Part shown: piece after piece, positions 49,617 to 62,900 of the stretch
Layout of the letters: every line of letters begins with the position of its first letter
How positions within the stretch are numbered: the stretch's first letter is position 1
Source of the DNA: Nemertoderma westbladi
Lineage: Eukaryota > Animalia > Xenacoelomorpha
Reading direction: 5' to 3'
DNA: 64,000 bases
Assembly: GCA_032718475.1 (NCBI GenBank)
Contig: JAUCBJ010001196.1
Span: 62,001 to 126,000 of the forward strand
Translations under genes and position numbers: made by a program
Notes under the pieces: generated by a model
Seen by the model: only the letters and a program-made list of their open reading frames with translations
Database searches by the model: none
What the model was told of the DNA's origin: nothing

Positions 49617-50733
49617 TGTAAAAGCTTTTGCGGACATAACAAGTCATTTTTACTCAATGCGCAGAATACTCTAAAATAGCCCTAAAATTGTTCAACTACG
49701 CGTCGGAAAGAATTAGAACCAAGATGACGAAATCTGTCAGCTGATTCTTTGTGTACATGGAGATCTCTTTGTTCAAGCTTATTCAGCCAATCAGTGCAAT
49801 CTTCCCAGTTATGCCAGTAGAGACCTACCTGAGGAAACTAGAGCATGCGCATTTAGTTGTCGTTTTTCTGAGAATTAGATTCCTCTCAGAATTCTGTACT
49901 AAGTACGGTCGTTTCAGACTTTGGCCCAAGAACATCTGATGGCCTTAGTTATAAGAACGTAAATCTATTAACATTTCATACCTCATCTCACATCTCAATA
50001 CGACCAAACTGAACTTCATGAACACATACTGACTGTTCACCGCACTGTTTTAATGCTGTTTTATATTGTGTTAATTGCTGCTTATATTAATGGATGTTAT
50101 ATTTGGAGAATACCGATAAATAATCGTACACCCCTCAATCTTCTTGATTACTGAGGTAAGCGGAGAAAGAGTTTACCAGTAGCAACTGTGACTCAAATTA
50201 TAGTGGTTTTGTGTGAATTAAATGCTATTTCATAATCCCTATGTGTGTCAGTTGCAATCCTCCTTATATATGATCAAATTCAGTGACGGTCGGCAAATTA
50301 GTGTGAATTAGTGTGAAGTAGTGTGAAGTCGTGTGAAGTCGTGTGAAGGTTAATAAAGCATCTCCTAAAGATTGCGCTATTTATGAAACTCTGTGGCCAT
50401 CTAGTTGTGATTAGTGTAAGTCATAACTCTGTTTTTATACTTAAAGCGCCATGTCCCAAAGGAACTGTTAATATTTCCCCGAAAGTAAATATAGTTGTCA
50501 GAGATTATATAGTAGCGATCAATCGAATAATACAACTTAGCCTACACCACAATAACTTCCTAGGGAACCCGAATCCAGTCTCCCACACCGTGGTTCAAAC
50601 GCCGCGCACGGACTGACTTCGGTGGATGTAACTTCAGTACACCAGGTAATTGGTAAGGGCCAAGGTCGATTCATAATAAAAAGGACAATTAAAATTGGCA
50701 GGTTAAACTGCTAAAGGTCTGAAAGCGCGAACA
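49617..50733 (+). repeat. Family C 3' LTR
   Basis: Starts TGTAAAAG right after the PPT and ends GCGCGAACA; homologous to 3263-4405. Confidence 0.85.
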
Positions 50734-52737
50734 GATGTTGTTTACGGAACTCTTCCAAGTGTGCAGTATGTTCCTCCATTCTGGGGTAGTTTTCCAGATC
50801 GGTTGCGGGAATGAGCTCCTGATATGCTTGTATGATTCATTCGTATCATTGGAGGATATTCCTGATTTTTTGTAGCTGAGTTTGTATGTCGCTGAGGGGG
50901 GTCTCGACTCCCCTTAGTTGTTTCTCGATGCGGTTATAGGCCCGAGTGACCCCACCCCTGAGAGTGCCCAACCGACGTGCCATGTTTTTCACATTTGGGA
51001 CCTCGTCGGCATCTGAGTCTGTATGAGGTTCTACCCCATTGGTATCGTAGGCATTATCCTCCATTACTCTAGTGCTTCGTTTATCGTCAAGTATGCGATG
51101 TTGTAGAATAGTTCGTCGTATGTTTCGTATTCAGCTTGAACTACTCGAACGGTAATTATAAATCGCCCCATGTTGGTACCCTGTACCTCAACTTCGATAT
51201 GTCAGATTCCTGGTTCAACTTGGATTATATCAATAGGTGTGATCGATACTTCCATTCCCTGTTAACGACTCTCTGTCAATGATCTGCCGACTACGAGTTC
51301 TAGACAGTTTGGATTGAGTTTGTGAGTTTATTAACCACGGCTTTGTCTCAAATCAAATACCAGAGTTTCCACGTAGTGGGTGCTGGTTAAGCACAGAGAG
51401 AGTTTGAGGAATACTTGACTGTTGAATTCCCAACTTCCACCAGTTGAAGTTGACTGCGTATTATTCTCAATTTTGTTGCAGTTATTCCCAACACCAGGGG
51501 GGAAAACGCCGATGCTGGAGGCGGAATTTTCAAACCTCTTTATCCCGGCCAGTCACCTGATATTGGGAGTGGAGAAGGATATTACCTGAGATGCAGAATT
51601 GCAGGTAGAGAAAAAGTTTCATTGGTTGGATATAATCTTTAATGTAACTTGAACTCTGATTGAACTCTGATTGAGAATAATTTGGGCTTCCCCACACCAA
51701 TATACCAAATATTCACAATAATACACAAATATAAATTCCTACAGTAAATTATTTAATTACCCACTGTTCGCTTAACTTTCCGATTTTAACCTAACTAATG
51801 TTCCCCATTTTCCCTTGGTCCTAGTCCCGGTACCGTTGGGTGAGTGTCGGTCGATCCTTCGCATGTCCGTCCCACCCTTCCCAAACCCTGACGGGATCGG
51901 TCATCAGGAAAGCGGTACGGCTTAGCTTAGGGGTCTGTCGGTTCATCGCAGGGTCCCAACCATCTAAGCTTTCCGAATCCTTGTCAGGCTCGTAGTTGCA
52001 TCAGTAGCCGAGAACCTGCTCCCAATAGTCGGTAGGCCAGTAGAGTCCAGTCCTCTGTCTTTCGACCCTGTCGCATGTCCGTCCCACCCTTCCCGAACCC
52101 CAAAGGGATTGGTCATAAGGAAAGTGGTATGGCTAAGCTAGGGGTCTGTCGGCCCATTGTGAGTCCCAACTGTTGGAGCTTTCCGAATCCTTTTCAGGCT
52201 CGTACTAACGCCAGTTGTGGAACCCACGCCAGGAAGTCAGTCCTCGTTGAACCCTTCCTTCGACCGGTCAGTCGATCCTTCGCAAGTCCCTAATGCGAAG
52301 ACTCCGCCCGAGTCCCTTTCAGGCTCAGTCATAGCCAACGCACCGGGAACCGCTTAGGATCTGTCAGTTCTCGTCGCAAATCCCTGGCGCAGCCAGCTAA
52401 GCTTTCCGAATCCTTTTCAGGCTCGTAATCGCCGCTGGTAGCGGGTTTCCAACTACCGAAGTAGAAGGAGGTTGTCTAGGCCTCAATAACTATCAGGCAA
52501 CCCTGACAGCTGAGAGTATTGCTTGATTTTGCCTCCCACCCCTGGCCCTAAAATATCTGATATGAGTCCCGTGCCCTGTAAGTCGCCCCAATATTCGCCC
52601 ATAAATCACCCCCAGTCTATCATCGAATGCACCCAAATTTTATGTTCCCGCACCCAGTACTGATATTGGCACATTCCTAAAAAATAAATCCAAAAAATAT
52701 GTAACTCGCGTTATGATAAAGTGAAATACCGCGAACA
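50734..52737 (-). mobile_element. Second, diverged family A copy: 5' LTR (51474-52737), upstream ORF (51064-51255) and gag start
   Basis: Reverse-complement homology to 16097-17995; HTDSDADEVPNVKNM..RLG.L.GGVTRAY; interrupted at 50733 by the family C LTR. Confidence 0.92.
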
Positions 52738-55700
52738 CATAGTGCGGCGAATGCACTTCCGAAGGTGAGGCAGCCACTACCGTATGCGGTGACACAGGGG
52801 ACTTCAAGTCCACAGAGAGCTGGGAGTAGAGCCACACCGTGACAGGGACAGAAACGAAGCAACAACACCAGTAAATACAAACCCAATACCCCCAATAGGC
52901 AGAGTTCAAGTAACCAAAACACTAAACCGCTAGATATGAATCTAAGCGCAATACGTGAAGCGCTATACAAGGAACGCTACAATCCCGATTACAAATGTCA
53001 ATTGCATAGAAACAGGACCCATAAGACCATAGTCTACAAGCATTGGCAGGCGTTACTTAAACAAGATCGGATACCCTACACAGGTAAGAATGGACTATTT
53101 CATTGATGCATGGTAGGAGGACACAGGAAGGTTGAGTGGCAGGAACCACCGATCAAATATAGCGAGACTGATGGGTCTGGAGGCCAGACGATGGCGACAA
53201 GCACCATGGGAGCAAAGAGGAGGGGAACGGAGTAGTACCAGTGAGAATAATAGGGGAGAACGAGCTATCGGTTACGACACTAATGCTGGTTGATAGCGGA
53301 GCAGCGTTCACGCTAGAGGAAAGTTGGATGGCTGAAAAGATAGGGTTACGAACGAGGCCAAGTAAGATAGCAGTAACCGCAATTTCCAGCAAGGATGAGG
53401 TCATTAAAATGAGGACGAGACAATGCAAAATAGCAGCAATAACACCAGGGTGCAATTATTGGGCTACCATCGAACCCATTCAGATAATAGATTCGATCGA
53501 CATTAATGCCAGGCGACCTACAAAGATCAAGATCAAGCATTACTGATACCTGGACAATATCGACTTCTCTGTGCCCAAACTGGATGTCCCGAAAGTATCT
53601 CTCATAGTCGGCATGGATTGTCCGACGGCTCACGAGAGTCTACAGACTGTCTTCGGCGAGGATAGGGAGCGAGACCCAGTGGCCATTCTCATGCCATTCG
53701 GATGGATGCTCTGTGGCCCAATTAAGACAAGAATCCCATTCAGCGTGTCCGAATTCTCAGGGTGTATGTTCGCGGGAACAATGAGGGAAATGGAGAATGA
53801 GGGAGCACAGGAGCAACTCAAGAGGCTGCTACGGCAGGACTTTGAGGGGTTGAAGGAGACTGGGGAGGGAACCTCGGTGGAGGGCAAACAGGCGCAGGAG
53901 TGCATCAGGAACTTGATGAAGTGCGAGGGGGGGGGGGGGGGCGATATACCATAGGGATGGTATGGAAGCAGCCGAAGGTGCCCCTGCCAGACAATAAAAG
54001 GATGGTCTTGACGAGGCTTCGAAAATTAAAGCAAACGCTTAGACGGAGCCCCGAAAAGAACGAATACATCCACAAAACCATCAAGAAGTACATGGATCGA
54101 GGATAGGCCGTGGAACTACCAGTGGATGAACCAAATACTGATAGGACCTACTATTTGCCACTTCATATGGCTCTGGACCCTAAGAAAGGCAAGTAAAGGA
54201 TGGTGGCTGACGCATCGCCAAGACAAACGGCAAGAGTTTAAATGACTACCTAATGGAAGGTCCCAATATCTACAACTCGGTGATAGAGGTCCTGTTAATG
54301 TTTAGAAGTGGAAAACATGCCTTCACGTGCGACATAGAGGGCATGTTTAACCAGGTATGAGTGACGGAGGAGGATAGCGATAGTCAGTGCTTCCTGTGGC
54401 ACAACGGCGAAAAAGAATCGTTGGAGATACCGATGTACAAGATGGTAGTGCAGAATATGGGGGCCAAGTTGTCCTCATTTACCATGACTACAGCAGTAAG
54501 AGACATGGTGGAGGGCAAAGAGGGGGAATACAGTGAGAAGGCGATCGATATGATTCAACGCGGATTCTACTTGGACGATGGGATGGGCTCTGGAAACTCG
54601 GTTGAAGAGAAGCTCGATGTAGGGCGTGAAGTTCGCGACATCCTGAAGGGATCAGGATTCAACCTTACAAAATTCCAGTCCAACTCTAGAGAATTTATGG
54701 AGGCCATAGAAGATAAGCAACCGGAGGTGAAAATAGATAAACCTACGACGGTAAAGGAGCAGATTATGGCGGACAAGAGGATAGAATCGCAGCAGAAGGC
54801 ACTAGGGATCGTATGGAACCGGGATACAGATTAGTTGCAGTATCAACTAGGTGAGGATGGTGCCGGGATCCATACTAAACGAGGCTATGTGTCATACATA
54901 GCGAGGATTTACGATCTGCTAGGTCTAGCGTCCCTGTTGTTAGTCACAGGGAAACAAATATTTAAGAAGGTCTATAAGTTAAAAGATGACTGGGACGCGG
55001 AGGTCCCAGTGGAGATAAGCAAGCAATGGGAGAAATTGACAGGGAGCCTCAAAGAAATGGGGACATATAGTATGCCACGTGTATACTTCCCGGATGGGGA
55101 CATGACCGATTTAGAACTGCATATGTTTTCCGATGCATCCCTGGAAGCATATGGTGCGGCACTTTTTTTGGTACAGCAGAAGGGGACTCATAAGCCCCGT
55201 CTTGCGTTTAGTAAAGTGAGGTCGATGCCACCAGATTCAGCATCAGTGCCGAAACTCGAGCTAACGGCTGCGAGATTAGGAGTAAGAGCGACAGCATACT
55301 TGGTGGACACGATACCAAGTATAGTAGACACGCACTACTGGACAGATGCCATGGTAGTGTTGGGATGGTTGCATAACGAGAAGACGCATTATCCCGCGTC
55401 CCGAATAGGGTGGATGAGATAAGAGCAACATCAGACTTGGAGAAGTGGCACTACTGCCCAACTGACGACAATCCAGTGGATCTGCTATCGAGGGGCGTTG
55501 TATTCCACGCTTTTTCGAGAAAGCAGGAGTTGTGGCAGCATGGCCCACACTTCCTTAACGATAGGTCGAGCTGGCCAACGATGAGGAAGGTAGACCCAAG
55601 TACAGAGGAAGTGACAGTGGAGGAGGAGGGAGAGGAATCAGAGGGGGAGGAAATATTTAGTCAATTAGTGAGGGACATTAAGGAGGCGCCACCGCGATCA

Positions 55701-55911
55701 AAGCCGATAGAGTCGTTCGATAACCCAATGGATACGTTGCTCAGTTACAGCTCCACCTGGTATAAGACGAAGAAGCTAGTAGCATATCTGAGGGCCTACG
55801 GAGAATTCCTTAGGGGAGCTGGTAAGGATACCAAAATGAGACCCACCATCGATCTGGAAGGAGCGGCCAAAGCTGTGATACGATATGAGCAAAGGAAGGG
55901 GTGCGGAGATG
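52738..55911 (+). pseudogene. pol: BEL/Pao family D gag-end/pol fragment (PR, RT, RNase H), heavily decayed
   Basis: MLVDSGA, LIVGMD, FGWMLCGP, YYLPLH, CDIEGMF, FYLDDG, LHMFSDAS, PKLEL, WTDAM, NPVDLLSRG. Confidence 0.9.
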
Positions 55912-56199
55912 AGGTAAACTGCGTCAGCAAACAACAACGTCTTTGTCAACAACGTTTGTCTTCGTCACAACTCTTAGATTTATCACTCTCAGCGTTTCAA
56001 AATTGTTTGGTTTTGGCTATAATTTTCAATATACTGTAGGTACTTCACATGATGGGTGAGAAAATTATTATTTTTCGCTATTTAATATTAGTTAATACTA
56101 GATAACAATAAAAAAAACTTAGAATAATGTTATAAGTGTTATAGTTATAAGTTGAGTTATATGAGTTATATGTCGAAGAAAAACGAGCAAGTTTGTTGT

Positions 56200-57850
56200 T
56201 GCTGACTTCCGGTATATATAGCGGTGAGAAACAATCAAAATTCGAGTTCGATGGAGAAGTAAAAAAATTTTATTGATATTATCAGTAAAATTATATTAAA
56301 TTATTTAGTTAGCATTATGACAGGAAAAACGGTTTTATTAATAAATAAGGTAAAAATGATCAAATTAAATAATAATGAGTCAATGCATTTCGGATTACCT
56401 CTTCAGGACTATTATTAAATATTTGAGTTTGTAGAAATATTTAAAGGTTGGGCCCTTGCAATATTGGTCGTAGGGGCCGTTGTTGTAACTAATGCCCCAT
56501 GTCATTTGTCGATGCGGTTGATAACAATGGAGCAGTAGTGGTGGGCGGGGCGGTGGGGGGTATTCCCTTCTTTTGTTGTTGTAGTTGTATTATATCGGCA
56601 GTGGAGAGAGGCGAGTTTAATGTTGGGCGCAATAACCTCTGAAGGTGTGTCTCGTATGGCTCCCTTATATCCGGGTTACTGCCGTAGCACTGGAATATTG
56701 GGGTTATATTGAATTTGCCCGACCCACACGAAGCAATATGTTTGCTGACTTTTAAAACGCGCAAATGCTGGGAGTTGATTTGCTGTCGGTGTAAAGCCGT
56801 GCGCGCTCTAAAATTGCAGGTTTGGCCTATGTAGAAATCACGGCACGTCATGCAAGTCAATACATATACCACGTCCATACTATCACATGTCATGTGCGAC
56901 TTTATTATGAATGACTTGTTGTTCTTTAATGTTAGGCGTTTTCCTTCAATTATGATTTTACATAGTTCGCAACGTAACTTGTTACACTTTGTTACGCCGG
57001 CGAAATTGGTCCCGTTGCGTGGCTGTTGACGTAGGGTTTTCGAAATGTTCGGTGGTCGCCTGTAACAGAGTGTTAATCGTTGGTTGGATATTATCTTATA
57101 AATATTAGAGTCTGTTTTCAGAATTTCATACGCTGGCTTGATGACGTCATGGAATTTGTTGTTTATGTTGGGATTAAAGGTAGTGATAAATGGTAAAATG
57201 TTTTTCTTTAGTTTCGGTTTGTCTTTTAGCATTTCACTGCGTTCTAACTTCAGGGCTTCGGTTATGGCTTTGTCAATTAAGGCCCTCGGGTAATCGCACT
57301 TTATGAGTTTGTTTTTTATTCCAGGGTATGTTGATTATGGTGTGCCGTGGGTGACAGGAATGATAATTTAAATATCGTCCAGCATCTGTGGGTTTGTAGA
57401 AAATATCTAGTGTTGGGGCACCAGCGTCATATTGTGGGTTAATAACCACAACATCTAGAAAAGTTATGTGGTGGGGGCTCGATTCCATAGTGAAGGAAAT
57501 GCCAGGGCATAGGTTGTTAAGAATGGATAAAAGTTCATTTACGCTAAGATCCAGGCTATTTAGCCAAGCTATGAAGCAATCGTCAAGGAAACGTCTCCAG
57601 TTATTAATGAAGAACTGATGACATGTTTCACCAAACATATCCTTTATTATCTTGGCAGCGCGCAGTTCCTGGTGGGCTAGAAAAAGGCTGGAGTAGTTAG
57701 GTATACATTTTGATCCCATAGCGCCACCTTCCTTTTGACGGTGGAATTTTGACGACGGAAATAGTTATGTTGAAGCACAATGCGTAGGCCATCAATGATG
57801 AATGCTTTACTGAAGCGTGATGGGATTAAATCAGGTACTTCATTTAACCA
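56200..57850 (-). mobile_element. 5'-truncated Penelope-like element (RT C-terminus plus GIY-YIG endonuclease)
   Basis: GAMGS, WRRFLDDCF, FLDV, YKPTD..YL.Y.SCHP; KCNKLRCELC, VVYVLTC..C..YIGQT, LN. Left boundary uncertain (may reach ~55920). Confidence 0.9.
56371..56416 (-). ncRNA. Minimal type I hammerhead ribozyme in the Penelope terminal repeat
   Basis: Minus strand reads AAUAAU-AGUC CUGAAGA GG-UAAU-CC GAAA UGCA UU GACU-C-AUUAUU: conserved core, short stem II, palindromic stem III, stem I. Confidence 0.8.
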
Positions 57851-58176
57851 TAACCAAAAATTGAGTAATATGTTATAGTTATAAATGGTATTAAATTTTA
57901 TTAATTTAAAATTTCGAAAAGTTGCCTGAAACTTTTATGCAGAGTGGATATGTAGACACCCTCAGAAATTTTCTGACTAATTGCTCAAAAATTGTAGAAG
58001 TAGTAGGGTTTGAAGTTGACAATTTATATATTACATTATTACATTATAATATACAATACATAGTAATACTGTAGTAATTTCAATAGGTCACCCTAAATGG
58101 AAATTGTTATAACTTGAAAACTAAAAGAGCTATTAAATAGCGGTTTTCAGATTTGCCAACTCTATTTATACATGTA

Positions 58177-58321
58177 GTAAACATATAGTAAACATGTAAA
58201 CATATAGTAAACATGTAAACATATAGTAAACATGTAAACATATAGTAAACATGTAAACATATAGTAAACATGTAAACATATAGTAAACATGTAAACATAT
58301 AGTAAACATGTAAACATATAG
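58177..58321 (+). repeat. 19-bp minisatellite GTAAACATATAGTAAACAT, 7-8 copies
   Basis: Perfect tandem array. Confidence 0.95.
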
Positions 58322-58671
58322 TTTTTTATATGATCAATCATCAAACATCAATCATAAAAATAATTTAAACATATTTTGGAACAAAATGGTGTACCCCGCC
58401 TTAATATTATACCTAACCCTTGGAGACGGGCGCGGGAAGCGTGAAATAGTTATACGGTAAACTAGTCGTGGTTCAAGCCCCTTAGTCGTCATAAACCATT
58501 AACCACAATAGCAGTGATACAAACGAATTATGATTAGAACCACTTTTTACTGGTATGAATAGAAATAACAACTAAACGTAAGGGAACTTTAATCAATATA
58601 ATATATATTTATTATATATACATGCACGTAAAGTAAAAAAACCTTACAGGTCGTTATGCAAGCTAAAACGT

Positions 58672-58892
58672 GTGTAAACGCTAGGCCGACAACCGACAGC
58701 CGACAATCAAAGCCGACAACCATTATTAAAGCTAATTAATGTTAATTATTAATTGAGGGAAAGGAACAGGTTACAGTTGAAGGTTATTCTAACCAAAACA
58801 ATAAACGAGAGTCACAAACTCAGGTTACATTTGCATTTTTGCTGTTGTCGGCAGTGGTTGTCGGCTATCGGTTGTCGGCGTAGCGTTTACAC
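58672..58892. mobile_element. MITE with ~45-bp TIRs containing CCGACA repeats
   Basis: GTGTAAACGCTAGGCCGACAACCGACAGCCGACAA pairs with TTGTCGGCTATCGGTTGTCGGCGTAGCGTTTACAC. Confidence 0.8.
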
Positions 58893-59499
58893 CCAGCAAA
58901 AACTGTGTTAAACAGCACAATTTTAATATAAGCAAGCACACGCAACCCAGTCACCAACAAGCAGACACGTGATTGGCGCAAGTTTCTGGTACTGCTTCCC
59001 AGTGGATGGATAGAAAACCTAAGTCTCTCATTCTTTCAGTGCCCGATCTTTCCCCATTTGGGATTTCTCTATTGCGACATTTCCTGGCTTGCCCTCTTGA
59101 GAATGCCATCAGCTGCGGGGCGAAACCAACCAATCAGCTGATCGCTGATTTCATACAACGTCTACGTCGAGTTGCTTTTTGTTTGGCCCAGTTTGGCCCT
59201 TGCATACCTACAGGTAAAGTTTTTTACATAAGTAAATATTTTTAATAAGTAAATATTATATTGACACTTTACTGGTGTTTGGAGGAGTCATTTGATTGAA
59301 TTCTCAACTGATTTTAGCGCAATTTAGTTCACAAAAACTTAGGCCAATAGTTGTCATTTTTTTTATTGTAATTTTATAATGATTTGTAGTTTCTATAATA
59401 TAAATATTACCGTATATAATATAATATATATAATATATAATAATATAATATATAATATATAAATTTAAAGATAAATATATCTCAGTATATCTCAAAAAC

Positions 59500-59698
59500 T
59501 TAGTCTATCGGCACCCACTGTAAATAAGTAAGAAATTCTGGGAATGAAAACACTCCATCCCCGTCCTCATCCAGTTCTTTGAAAGCTTTCTCAACGTTCT
59601 CAGCTTTGGATTCGAGATCGCTCATAAGTTTCCTGAATTCTATTTTATCCAGCCCACCGCTCCCGTCGGCGTCATAAGTTTTAAATAACTCGATTGCC
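59500..59698 (-). CDS. Terminal coding exon of an EF-hand (calmodulin-like) calcium-binding protein
   Basis: Acceptor TTGTATTTTTAG at 59699; two canonical loops DADGSGGLDKIE and DEDGDGVFSFPE; stop TAA. Upstream exons not identified in the window. Confidence 0.85.
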
Positions 59699-59916
59699 CT
59701 AAAAATACAATTCACATTGAATTTACGCTGTAAAGTAAAATAAAAATGTTTTAGATAAAACAGCCCACAAGTAGTTAAAATATGGAAATAACTCTAATAT
59801 TCTACCTGCCAACTCACGAAAATGATGTATAAATGGAATTTTTTGTTAATTGTTGGCATCCACCTGATTGTTGTACTTCAAGACATGGCGAATCCAGCTA
59901 GTAATTCCCTTGCAGT

Positions 59917-62900
59917 CCGCCAACCCGGCCCTAGTAAAACCGCCTTAGCAACAGATTTATGAAATTTAATTTATTAATTGTTTGTCTCACATTTCCTTTT
60001 CCGGAGAAAATCAAAGAACAGTTTTTTAAATTAAAAAACCCATCTCACAACTTAAATAACATCTTGGGAACACATCAAGGGCAATATAAAATCAAATAGC
60101 GTATCATGTCGCAGACACAGGCCATTATTTGGACCAGAGTAATTTTCACAAGTATCAAAATATTAGATTTAAGTTGAGAATTCGTCTACCTTTACTCAAC
60201 TATTTGCTCCCATCATATTTGAAATTATTTAAAAATATCACTACAGCTCAGTAGCATGGTGATACTTCCCGCCATATTGTACACATTGGGGCGATATTTA
60301 CAGTCCACGTTACCATAGCAACAGACCAAATAAGACAATTTAATAAGAATTTAATTTACAGTATAACTATAATGCAGTTTTCCTTAGTTTACCTTACCAG
60401 AGTTATGAGAGATTAAATGAGACACACGGGGCATAGATATGACCTTCGACTGTTAGTCAACATCCTATCGTAACTTAATATTATTCACAATGTTAAATTA
60501 TAAATTTAAGGAAAGGAGCAGTTTACAGTGGCAGATTATTCGTACCAAAACAATAAAAGAATCTCAATAGAACAGATTGAAGTTTAATTTTTGAGAGTAA
60601 TCAGTTGTTATTTGCGTCGATATTCCCCTGGAGGGGGATCAATTTTGATTGCGTCGAAAGTCCCCCCCCCCCCCCCCCGCTATCTGGATCCATAAATATC
60701 GACTAGCGACCTACCTAACAGTATGAATGAATGATTTTCATTATCATTTGCCACTTGTATCTGCCACTTGTATCTGTCTATTATTATTATTATGATTTCA
60801 TTGAAATGGATGGTGACGAACATATTCCTTCTGTTAAAAGAAAAACTTTCCCGAATGTGGTTTGTGAAGAGACATGCATAGTATGTGGAGCAAAGAAAGA
60901 TGAGGTGAAAAATTTCTGACTATGATTTGGAAAATTTAAAACAGCCCAGTTGTGAGATTCAGCTTCACACTACAGTTGAGCAACAAGTATGAAATTCTTG
61001 CTTCTGAGGCCGCTGATCATTGCGTGGGCTATACTGCCCTTCACATAAGCAGTTAAATTAAGAGCTGCAGAAACAGTTCCATGTATACCCTCGAAACATG
61101 AAAAAGCCCCACCCCCTGGACTGACCACAGAATTCGGAAGTGCCGAAATGACCTCTCTAAGGCGCAGAATGAGTGACGACTCGGGCACACGAGGATAGCC
61201 AAGGATGAAGTTAAGACTGCATCTAGGTCCCTTAACATGCAGTACTATGATAATATAAAGGAGCTTATGCAGCTAAGGCATGGCTTTCAATAACCCTACT
61301 CACTGGGAGGCCAACCAACCAACCACCAAGGTTAAGGCTGAATCTCCAGCTGAACTCTTCAATGGTTGGGAGGCCCACATTGAGAAGCTTATAAACAATG
61401 ACAGGGTACTGCCTGATGACTTTGAGGTACATCGTGTATCTGAGTCTGGCTCACATATATCCACTGCTGAAATTAAGGCTGCAGCAAGGAGCATGAAGAC
61501 CAATCGTGCCATTGGAGTATATGGCTTGCTCCCTGAGGTTCCCAAAATGGGCTCCATAAAGGTCGTGGGACCATGGAGCCTATTCTGGCACTTAGAAGGA
61601 TAAACGAAGAGTTATCAACAAAGAAAGACATACATTTGGCTAATATCTTTGTTGACTTCTTTAATGTCTTCAACTGTGTCTCCCGACCACGGATGTTCAG
61701 CATATTGGCAGCATATGGGATTCCTGAGGATATTATTGCTGCTATCAAATCACTGAACGATGGTTCCCCGACATTTGTGTCTACTGCTGATGGTGACACA
61801 GATCCATTCGAAGTCTTATGGGGGGGAGTCATTCAGGGTGACTTGCAACATTCTTATTCGTAATTGTAGTTGATTGTGTTCAATGCATGTCCTTAGACCA
61901 TCTTAATAAAGATGGGGTGATGGTAACACCCCCTACTGGCACAAGAAGTAGAGGAAATCCAGCACAAAGTACCTTAATGATAGACTTTGCTGATGACATA
62001 GGGGTACTGTCAGAATCACTTTCTCTGCTCATTGGACCAGGTTGCTTCTAGTATTTGTCTTTTTGTAAACTCCAAGAAGACCACAATTATGACAGTAAGA
62101 CTTGACAGCCCTCAAGAAATAAGGGAACAAGCTCTAGAAATGTCTTCTTGAGCATGTGGATGACTTCTGCTACTTGGAATCATGGATCTGGAAGTCAGGT
62201 GAATGAAGACCTTCGGATACGTACGGGGATGGCAATGGGCAGCATTGAATATTCTATCCAGGATGTTGAAGTCCCATAGAATAAAACGGTACCTCAAGGT
62301 TCGATTATTTTTGCAGCAGTAGTACCAGTATTCTTATATGGGAGTCCAAGCTGGACTCTAACTGCAGAATATACCAAATCTCTGGATGGTACTTTCACAA
62401 GAATGCTGCGCCGAGTTCATTGTGTCAAGTACAATGCACACATCTCCAACCAGACACTATATAACATTGGAGGTGTCTCATTGGTTCCCCCAAGCTTCAC
62501 ACTTGAACGGAACCGCCTCCGCTTTGCCGGACTTTGCATTCGCCGTGAGGACCAGCCAGTGCACAATCTTGTGCTTTGGCTACCTCAAGAAGTGAATAAA
62601 CATGGTGATCCTCCCATGGCTCTTTTGAGACGCCTCTTTAAAGGACATTGGCCTTGAAAATGCGGATTATCTAGCAAATGTCATGGGTGATAGGGAGTTG
62701 TGGCGGTGCAATTTTCTCGACAAGGCACAACATTCTAAATATATGTAATATATTTAATGTGGCTGCAATGTAGCATGCCGGTAGTAGTAGTAGTAATAGT
62801 TGTATTAGTGCTCCACTCCATCAGTAGTTGCTTGTAGATTGTGATAGGAATTTTTCACCTCATCTTTCTTTGCTCCACATGCTATGCATGTCTCTTCACA

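Larger units (their letters stand above)
39121..50733 (+). mobile_element. Deleted BEL/Pao family C copy: leader remnant, integrase, spacer, extra ORF, PPT, 3' LTR
   Basis: 39121-39690 is homologous to 1725-2295; BEL integrase at 39690-40157 and 44476-45431; PPT GGGAGCGG at 49609-49616. Confidence 0.7.

Noticed and set aside
58107-58344. Repetitive Cys/Tyr-rich proteins
   Set aside because: Translations of the 19-bp minisatellite.
58951-59245. Additional host exon
   Set aside because: Splice-like sites exist on both strands but no frame gives a recognisable peptide.
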